The position numbers and the translations under genes were made by a program. From the NCBI GenBank assembly GCA_902777005.1, contig CACYSB010000003.1, positions 10,614 through 74,613 on the forward strand: DNA of 64,000 nt, in the 5' to 3' direction. The notes under the pieces were generated by a model. The model ran no database searches. It had not been told where the DNA came from and worked only from the letters and a program-made list of their open reading frames with translations. This document shows positions 17,574 to 24,508 of the stretch, piece after piece. Each line of letters begins with the position of its first letter. Within the stretch, counting starts at the first letter, position 1. This DNA is from an uncultured Bacteroidota bacterium. Lineage in GTDB: Bacteria; Bacteroidota; Bacteroidia; Bacteroidales; P3.

Positions 17574-17704
17574 CGAAGATTTTCTGGAATAGCCAAATTT
17601 ATTTATTCGCGTGTGCGTGATAATGCATAGTATTTATACGCGAACAGGTGTTTTTTCAAAAGAAGAAACCACACCAAAAAACTCACAGAAAACCATTAGT
17701 AACA

Positions 17705-18375
17705 TTACACATTTTGACATACAACATGTGATGCTGGCAGATGTCGATTGTCGTATCCGTCTACATTATAGAATAAGGGTGTTGCCTTGTTTTTGCCGTA
17801 GATGGGCTTGTTGAACATATGGGCGTTTTGTAGGACATACTTGATGCCGTCGACACCGCAGCCCCAAGGCGAGGCGACATCGCCATAAGTAACTTCTTTT
17901 ATATCCACATAGCCGATGATGGCACCAGTTGGCCATTGCTCATAAGGTGGTAGTATGCCTTTGGCTATATATCCATTCACCACGTCCAGCAACTGGCCAT
18001 CGAGCACTTCATCCAGTCGTTTGGCATCGCGGGTCTTGCTGGCGGCGATAAGGAACCGCTTGCAAGGTGGCACCAGTTTATCACGGCACTCTATATCTTT
18101 TATACCTGCAGCAATCAGCGTTGCCCACGGCTGACGTATGGCGAGACATTTCATCTGGCGGCTGCGGTTTGGTGCTTTATTCTTTTTTGCAATACGATGG
18201 GTGATACCAGACGCACGTTTTGTATTACGTTCCGCTGCGGTATGGTTCAGTTCTCTATACAGCAGATTATTCACGTCAGCCTTTGTGAGTCCGAGGGAGA
18301 GCAGATGCATAGTCTTCGCCTCAAACCCCATGTCGGCAAGAGCGATGTGCTGCACCTGTTCTCTGAAACTGTCCA
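17705..18375 (-). CDS. ASCH (PUA-like) domain protein
   Basis: MKCLAIRQPWATLIAAGIKDIECRD is an ASCH signature. Start at ATG 18375, 22 nt downstream of a minus-strand TATCTTTG box (18397-18404). The track start is TTG. Confidence 0.7.
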
Positions 18376-18528
18376 TAGCATTAGCTGTATCTCTTTGCAA
18401 AGATACAACTTTTTAATAAAACTGAGAGTAAAAAAGTGATGTTTTTTGATAAAACCGAGACGAATAAATGCATAAATAATCAGCGAGTGATTATTTATGC
18501 TTATATTTGACAAAAAATGTTATAACTC

Positions 18529-19803
18529 TCAATCCTTCAAACATCCAATTGGCACCACATAAATTCCATCCTCACGACGATAGGCGAACTTGCCGACAGC
18601 AGTAAGTATCATTCTGAATGCAGGAGCCTTCATCTTAGTGGTGTCAATCTTGCCTGTCAAGTCATTTAACGCTCGTACGCCATCTTCTATCAATTCCTCA
18701 CCTCCAAGTTTAATCTCTATCAGGCCATATGAGCCGTTGCGCAAATGTACTACAGTGTCGCACTCCAAACCATTCTTGTCTCGATAATGGTATACTTGTC
18801 CATCAATAGAATCCGCAAATACCCTTAAATCGCGTACGCACAATGTTTCAAATAACAGGCCAAACGTATTCAGGTCGTTCATAAGGTCGTTTGGCCCCAG
18901 TCCGAGAGCAGCTGTTGCAATGGAAGGGTCTGTAAAATAACGATTGTCTGATGTCCGTATTGCTGTCTTTGAGCGCAAGTTGGGATTCCATGCCGCCATA
19001 TCCTCGATGACAAATATTTTTTTTAGTGCTGCCACATAAGAATATACAGTCTTGTCGTCCACGCTGTCCACATCATTCGCCCTAATGTCAGCTGCAATAG
19101 TGCTTATAGGAATCTGTGATCCTTGATTGCGAGCATACGATTGCATAATACGGCGTGTACGTTCCGAATCTCTTTTCACACCATCCACACGAGAAATATC
19201 TCTTTTTATCACAGCATCAAAATAATCAAATGCCCTTCCCAAAGCGACATCTTTTTTTTGCAGGGTTGCTCTTGGCCATCCTCCTCGACAGGTCAAATAT
19301 GCGATGTCTTCCAGATTCAGTGTATTTTCCGCAAACAGTTGCTCGGGAGCATTGAATAGTTCTCTCATGCTCACACTCCCATTCGATTCTCCCGATTCCC
19401 ACAAGCTCATCGTTCTCATTGTAAGCCATGAAACACGTCCGGTACCCGTGTGCCTCAATTCTTTATCATCTACAGGAACCGCCGACCCTGTCAGAATAAA
19501 CTGTCCATCATCATCTCTATGGTCAACTTCATATCTAACAGCATCCCATAGAATAGGAACGGACTGCCATTCATCAATAAGTCTAGGTGTCTCCCCAGTA
19601 AGAACTCCTTTGGGGTTCAATATGGCTAGTTGATGCCAGTTTGTTCCTTCCTCAGGATCGTCCATATACACCACACTTTTAGCCTGCTGCTCAGCAGTCG
19701 TGGTCTTTCCGCACCATTTTGGTCCCTCTATGAGGACGGCTCCTGTACCTTCTAGCTTCTTTTCCAGAAGTTTATCGGCAATTCTTTGTTTGTACTTCTT
19801 CAT
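18529..19803 (-). CDS. AAA+ ATPase (AAA_14 plus DUF4143 type)
   Basis: Walker A is LIEGPKWCGKTTTA. The architecture is common in Bacteroidales. A minus-strand TACTTTTG box lies at 19826-19833. Confidence 0.8.
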   Translation of the reverse strand: MKKYKQRIADKLLEKKLEGTGAVLIEGPKWCGKTTTAEQQAKSVVYMDDPEEGTNWHQLAILNPKGVLTGETPRLIDEWQSVPILWDAVRYEVDHRDDDGQFILTGSAVPVDDKELRHTGTGRVSWLTMRTMSLWESGESNGSVSMRELFNAPEQLFAENTLNLEDIAYLTCRGGWPRATLQKKDVALGRAFDYFDAVIKRDISRVDGVKRDSERTRRIMQSYARNQGSQIPISTIAADIRANDVDSVDDKTVYSYVAALKKIFVIEDMAAWNPNLRSKTAIRTSDNRYFTDPSIATAALGLGPNDLMNDLNTFGLLFETLCVRDLRVFADSIDGQVYHYRDKNGLECDTVVHLRNGSYGLIEIKLGGEELIEDGVRALNDLTGKIDTTKMKAPAFRMILTAVGKFAYRREDGIYVVPIGCLKD

Positions 19804-19873
19804 TTAGCATCATATTTTCACGCTGCAAAAGTACAAAATAAATTTCATATAGATAGAATTTTATAAAAATTTG

Positions 19874-19940
19874 TTTCCAAAGTTGGCTGAATTTCATTTC
19901 CAAAGTTGGCCGAATTTTATTTCCAAAGTTGGCCAAATTT
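19874..19940 (+). repeat. three direct repeats, 23-bp period (TTTCCAAAGTTGGCYRAATTT)
   Basis: Copies at 19874-19894, 19897-19917 and 19920-19940. Each contains the CCAA-ag-TTGG half-palindrome. Confidence 0.9.
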
Positions 19941-20004
19941 TAATGCCATTTAGACATTTCCTTATTCGAAGATATGGAATTCACCCCAACATGAAGTTGC
20001 GTGT

Positions 20005-20150
20005 CGTTCGTTTGTCGCTTGTTTGTCGTTTGTTTGCCAGATTGCTTGTCGCTTAATCTCCAGTATTCTGCGCAAAACATTCGTTTCCATTTATTTGGAA
20101 ATGCCATTTGTTTGCCGTTTTGTTTGTCGTTTTTCTGTTGGTTGGCGCAT
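20005..20150 (+). repeat. two clusters of degenerate TTGTTTGYCG words flanking a TTCCA-n7-TGGAA palindrome
   Basis: Read directly. The segment is strongly T/G-skewed and non-coding. Confidence 0.6.
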
Positions 20151-20207
20151 TGCCTATGTTTTAGAAGAGTTTTTCCCCTTTCTTGCCTATGAATTAGAAA
20201 AAAGTTG

Positions 20208-20215
20208 TATCTTTG
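20208..20215 (+). promoter_or_regulatory. outward-facing -7 promoter box (TATCTTTG) at the island's right end
   Basis: TAnnTTTG match. Transcription would cross attR and stop at the 20372-20407 terminator. Confidence 0.4.
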
Positions 20216-20284
20216 CAAACGAAACGGTCGAAGATTGGGGTGTGTGGTATGCAAAAAAGGGACGTAATATTGTGCGTTAGTGAC

Positions 20285-20313
20285 TCAAATTGTTTTCCAT
20301 ATGTTTTCCACGA
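20285..20313 (+). repeat. right-end copy of the subterminal repeat (CTCAAATTGTTTTCCATATGTTTTCCACG)
   Basis: About 27 of 30 positions identical to 1348-1377, in the same orientation. Confidence 0.6.
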
Positions 20314-20349
20314 GGCACATAACAATATGATTATCAGTATACATACGAT

Positions 20350-20368
20350 TCCCTCCCGGGGTACAAAA
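20350..20368 (+). repeat. attR core: 19-bp direct repeat
   Basis: Identical to 1202-1220. Confidence 0.85.
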
Positions 20369-20371
20369 AGA

Positions 20372-20407
20372 GAGCCTGTTTTTCAACAGGCCCTCTTCTT
20401 TTTTTTT
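20372..20407 (+). terminator. intrinsic terminator (probably the native tRNA-Leu terminator)
   Basis: GCCTGTT-tttc-AACAGGC stem followed by a long T run. Confidence 0.6.
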
Positions 20408-20506
20408 ACCGTTTTAATACACCGTACCAACACTGGAATCCAGGTTGGTACGGTGAAATAGACAGGACAGCGGAGGCCTGCAACGCAGGCACATCCTCAA
20501 TACATC

Positions 20507-20776
20507 CTACCACCCGCTGCCGAAGTAATTGTCGTCTTCCTCCCAGATTTCCTGGGCCTGCGTGTTGTAGTCGGCGTCGTAATCATCGCCAAAGAGTATT
20601 AAGTCCTGGAACAGACGCACGCTACTCATGGCATAGCCTTGTTCCATTTTGAAACTGACCACAAACAGCGTCTTCTGCAACCGGCCGGGGATGTCTTTCT
20701 ACATGAAAAACACAAACGCCGACCCCAACATGGTGCCCACAAAAGGCAATAGTATTCCTATAACATGAGCTCTCAT
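20507..20776 (-). pseudogene. remnant of a ZIP-family metal transporter gene
   Basis: Own translation: MRAHVIGILLPFVGTMLGSAFVFFM-TAG-KDIPGRLQKTLF... matches ZIP/ZupT-type N-termini. There is an in-frame stop at 20699-20701, and the sequence then diverges and ends at 20507. The ATGA overlap with the upstream gene is preserved. Confidence 0.45.
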
Positions 20777-21063
20777 CTGTTTTTTCTTTTGGGATTAGAC
20801 GGGAACCAACCCTTCTTCACACGATCGCGCTGCTTGAAGAGTTCAAGGATGGACCAAAGGCTGGAGAAAGCCACCACGCCGAGGATGGTCGACGGTATAG
20901 TCGCTGCCGCCAGCAGCGACCCAGCAATGCAGCCCAGCGCCACCACGAGGAACACCCACCAGCAGCGCACGCCGAAATAATACTCAGCCTTGATGACGAT
21001 GGGGTGAAATAGACCTATGCACATGAAGGATGATATCCCGATGATTATACCTATAAAATTCAT
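20773..21063 (-). CDS. small multi-pass membrane protein (DUF4491-like by recall)
   Basis: A 96-aa protein with three hydrophobic segments. A minus-strand TATCTTTG box lies at about 21113-21125. Confidence 0.55.
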   Translation of the reverse strand: MNFIGIIIGISSFMCIGLFHPIVIKAEYYFGVRCWWVFLVVALGCIAGSLLAAATIPSTILGVVAFSSLWSILELFKQRDRVKKGWFPSNPKRKNR

Positions 21064-21244
21064 TGTCTGTCTGTTTGCCTGATTGTTTTAATACTTGAGC
21101 ATTGCTGTTTCTCGTTGCAAAGATACACATAATCTGCAAAACGGGGAGTAACCAATGTTGGCTATTGCATTATAATAAATACAATGTACCAACGTTATTG
21201 CCAGCCGCACAGGCAACCGGTCCTACATAATATATATACACCGG

Positions 21245-21370
21245 CTCCGCTTCGTATCCGCTCCGATTGTTCTACGGTTGTTCTACTGTTGTTCAACGGT
21301 TACAAAGCGGGAAACAAGCGTTAAACAGACGTAGAACAGACGGAGAAGAGACGGAGAGGCTACGGAGAGG
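21245..21370 (+). repeat. CTCCG/CGGAG imperfect palindromic element, copy 1
   Basis: The left half is rich in CTCCG words and contains GTTCTACGGTTGTT. The right half is its approximate complement (CGTAGAACAGACGGAG...CGGAGAGG). Confidence 0.7.
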
Positions 21371-21433
21371 TGACAGACCGAAGGCTGTTGAAAGCGGTTG
21401 AAAAAATAATTTTTGCGGGTTGTTTTTATTTTG

Positions 21434-21441
21434 TATATTTG
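21434..21441 (+). promoter_or_regulatory. -7 promoter box (TATATTTG) for korAB
   Basis: TAnnTTTG match 45 nt upstream of the ATG at 21486. Confidence 0.5.
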
Positions 21442-21485
21442 CACTTTCAAAAAACAAATAATAATAAATTAAACATATAAATAAC

Positions 21486-23327
21486 ATGTCAGAGAATCAG
21501 ATAGTTAATAAAGAGGACCTTGTGGTCCGATTTGCTGGCGACTCGGGTGACGGCATGCAGCTCAGCGGCACGCTCTTCAGCGACGCCTCAGCACTGACCG
21601 GAAACGACATTGCCACGTTCCCCGATTATCCCGCCGAAATCCGTGCCCCGCACAACACCATTGCCGGCGTGAGCGGCTATCAGGTGCATGTGGGCAACCA
21701 CATCTACTCGAGCGGTGACAAGTGCGACATCCTCGTCGCCATGAACCCCGCTGCATTCAAGAGCCAGTTGAAATGGGCCAAGAAGGGTGCCACCGTCATC
21801 GTCGACATCGACACCTTCACCGAGGAAGCCATGGAGAAGGCCGGCTACAAGGAGAACCCCTTCACCGACGAGTTGGAGCGCGCCTACACCATCATCAAGG
21901 CCCCCATCACCAGCTTCACCGAGAAGATCGGCGACGCCCAGGGCGTCGACAAGAAGACCGCCGACAAGAGCCGCAACATGTTCGCCCTCGGCATCATCTT
22001 CTACGCCACCCACAAGACCTTAGACCATACTTTTGCATATCTGGAGCGCAAGTTCGCCAAGAAGCCCGCTGTCATCACGCTGAACAAGGCTGTGCTGACC
22101 GAGGGTTATGAATATGCCGACAAGCTGGAGGTGATGCACTCGCACATCTTCGAGGTTGCCCACGCCGACAAGATGGAGAAGGGTCGCTACCGCAACATCA
22201 CCGGTAACGTGGCCACCGCCTGGGGTCTGCTGGCCGCCAGCGAGAAGAGCGGTCGCCGTCTCTTCCTGGGCTCCTACCCCATCACCCCCGCCACCGACGT
22301 CATGGTCGAGCTGGCCAAGCACAAGAGCCTCGGCGCCCGCGTGTTCCAGGCCGAGGATGAGATTGCCGGTGTCTGCTCCGCCATCGGCGCCAGCTATGCC
22401 GGTGCACTGGCCTGCACCAGCACCTCCGGCCCCGGTCTGTCGCTGAAGAGCGAGGCCCTGGGTCTTGCCGTGATGACCGAGCTGCCGCTCGTCGTCGTCG
22501 ACGTGCAGCGCGGCGGCCCCTCGACGGGTCTGCCCACCAAGACTGAGCAGAGCGACCTCGACCAGGCCCTATACGGCCGCAACGGCGAGGCTCCCCTGGT
22601 GGTTGTCGCCGCCAGCAGCAGCGCCAACTGCTTCTACTGGGCCTTCAACGCCGCCAAGATCGCCCTTGAGCACATGACCCCCGTCATCCTGCTCACCGAC
22701 GGCTATCTGGGCAACGGCAGCCAGCTGTTCAAGATACCGAGCATGAAGGACATGCCCGAAATCAAGCCGCGCCTGGCCAAGGAGAACGACCCGAACTACC
22801 GTCCGTTCCGTCGCGACGAGGAGAAGTTCGCCCGCGAATGGGCCCTGCCCGGAATGGAAGGCCTGAGCCACCGCGTGGGCGGCCTCGAGAAGTGCCCCGA
22901 CGGTCCCCTGAGCACCGACCCGGAGAACCACGCCCTGATGACCAAGAACCGTCAGGAGAAGGTGAACCGCGTGGCCAACTACATCCCCGACCAGGAGGTG
23001 ACCGGCAACCCCGACGCCGACCTGCTCGTGGTTGGTTGGGGCGGCACCAGCGGTGCCCTCACCCTTGCCGTAGAAGAGATGAACAACGAAGGCAAGAAGG
23101 TGGCCTACACCCACTTCAACTACATCTGCCCGCTGCCTAAGAACACCGGCGACATACTGCGCAAGTACAAGAAGATTGTGGTCTGCGAGCTGAACAACGG
23201 CCAGTTCGCCGGCTACCTGCGCACCCAGTTCCCGGAGTGCCCCATGACCCAGTACAACAAGGTGATGGGCCTGCCCTTCGAGGTTGGCGAGCTGAAAGAA
23301 CACTTCACCAAACTTCTTGAGAAATAA
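21486..23327 (+). CDS. korA: 2-oxoacid:ferredoxin oxidoreductase subunit alpha
   Basis: A 613-aa protein. VVRFAGDSGDGMQLSG, YPITPATD and DVQRGGPSTGLPTKTEQSDL are typical of KorA. Confidence 0.9.
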   Translation: MSENQIVNKEDLVVRFAGDSGDGMQLSGTLFSDASALTGNDIATFPDYPAEIRAPHNTIAGVSGYQVHVGNHIYSSGDKCDILVAMNPAAFKSQLKWAKKGATVIVDIDTFTEEAMEKAGYKENPFTDELERAYTIIKAPITSFTEKIGDAQGVDKKTADKSRNMFALGIIFYATHKTLDHTFAYLERKFAKKPAVITLNKAVLTEGYEYADKLEVMHSHIFEVAHADKMEKGRYRNITGNVATAWGLLAASEKSGRRLFLGSYPITPATDVMVELAKHKSLGARVFQAEDEIAGVCSAIGASYAGALACTSTSGPGLSLKSEALGLAVMTELPLVVVDVQRGGPSTGLPTKTEQSDLDQALYGRNGEAPLVVVAASSSANCFYWAFNAAKIALEHMTPVILLTDGYLGNGSQLFKIPSMKDMPEIKPRLAKENDPNYRPFRRDEEKFAREWALPGMEGLSHRVGGLEKCPDGPLSTDPENHALMTKNRQEKVNRVANYIPDQEVTGNPDADLLVVGWGGTSGALTLAVEEMNNEGKKVAYTHFNYICPLPKNTGDILRKYKKIVVCELNNGQFAGYLRTQFPECPMTQYNKVMGLPFEVGELKEHFTKLLEK

Positions 23328-23413
23328 AGTTTTTAATCTCAATCAGATTGTAAAAGAAATCTACGCAATCAACGAATCTTTTACAATCTGATTGAAAAAG
23401 AAAAAAGAAAGAT

Positions 23414-24393
23414 ATGGAAAAGCATTTTGTTCCCAAAGCGGATAAAGAATATACCAAGGCTGATTTCCAGAGCGACCAGATGGTGAAGTGGTGCCCCGGT
23501 TGTGGCGACCACGCCATCCTCGCCGCCCTGCTGGCCACATCGGCTGCTCGAGCCGTATCCCCTACTACGTGGACACATACGGTTTCCACAGCATCCACGG
23601 CCGTGCCTGCGCCATCGCCACGGGTGTGAAGCTCGCCAACCCCGCACTGAGCGTGTGGGTGAACATGGGCGACGGTGACTCGATGGCCATCGGCGGCAAC
23701 CACCTCATCCACGCTGTGCGCCGCAACCAGGACCTGAACATCACCATCTTCAACAACGAGATCTACGGCTTGACCAAGGGCCAGTACAGCCCCACCACCA
23801 AGTTCGGCCAAATAACGAAGACCTCGCCCTACGGCACCATCGACTACCCGTTCAACCCCGGCGAACTCGTCATGGGCGCCCAGGGCACCTTCTTCGCCCG
23901 CACCCTCGACTGCGTGCCGCAGCTGAGCACCGACTGCATGACCCGCGCCGCAAAGCACGACGGCTGCAGCGTTGTTGAGGTGCTGCAGAACTGCGTCATC
24001 TTCAACGACAAGACGCATGCCGCCATCACCGACCGTGCAGTCCGCGACGACCGCACCATCGTGCTTGAGCACGGCAAGCCCATGCTCTTCGGCAAGAACA
24101 AGGAGAAAGGTCTGCGCTTCAACGGCCGCCAGCTGGAGGTTGTCACCCTCGGCGAGAATGGCATCACGCTGGACGACATCATGGTGCACGACGAGACCAC
24201 CGAGGACACCGGCATCCACATGATGCTGGCCCACATGGGCGGCGACCTGCCCGTGGCCCTCGGCGTTATCCGCAACGTCAAGAAAGTCAGCTACACCCAG
24301 CTCTACGAAGAGCAGATGGACGAGCAGATGGCCTCCGGCAAATACAAATGCATGGACGACCTGCTCAACAGCGGCGACACCTGGGAAGTATAA
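23414..24393 (+). pseudogene. korB: 2-oxoacid:ferredoxin oxidoreductase subunit beta, disrupted by an out-of-frame internal deletion
   Basis: The N-terminal part ...WCPGCGDHAILAAL is in one frame. GHIGCSSRIPYYVDTYGFHSIHGRA...GDGDSMAIGGNH is in another. The junction is near 23531-23540, and about 12-16 residues normally separating these motifs are missing. Confidence 0.7.
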
Positions 24394-24416
24394 CCGCAGT
24401 TAGCCGTCAGTTAATA

Positions 24417-24459
24417 GTTAAGAGGCTGGGAAACCGGCCTCTTAACTTTTTCTTTTTTT
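24417..24459 (+). terminator. intrinsic terminator after korB
   Basis: 13-bp stem GTTAAGAGGCTGG/CCGGCCTCTTAAC with a GAAA loop, then a T run. Confidence 0.8.
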
Positions 24460-24476
24460 CATTCTAAAAAACTTCG

Positions 24477-24484
24477 TATATTTG
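24477..24484 (+). promoter_or_regulatory. -7 promoter box (TATATTTG) for the S8 peptidase gene
   Basis: TAnnTTTG match 25 nt upstream of the ATG. Confidence 0.5.
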
Positions 24485-24508
24485 CATTTTGTATATAGTA
24501 CCTAATTT

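Larger units (their letters stand above)
1202..20368. mobile_element. integrative genomic island in tRNA-Leu (satellite-like core plus defence cargo)
   Basis: 19-bp att direct repeats, an integrase adjacent to attL, shared subterminal repeats, and a visibly more AT-rich composition than the flanks. No capsid, tail, relaxase or T4SS genes are seen. Confidence 0.8.

Noticed and set aside
20213-20461. 82-aa ORF crossing attR and two terminator hairpins (and the ORFs 19871-20280 in the repeat region)
   Set aside because: They span the att core, a poly-T tract and hairpins, or low-complexity TG repeats. There is no coding signal.
22569-24234. Long minus-strand ORFs 22569..23342 and 23305..24234 opposite korA/korB
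   Set aside because: They have a Gly/Ala/Val/His-rich composition typical of antisense frames in GC-rich genes. The + strand products have clear OFOR motifs.
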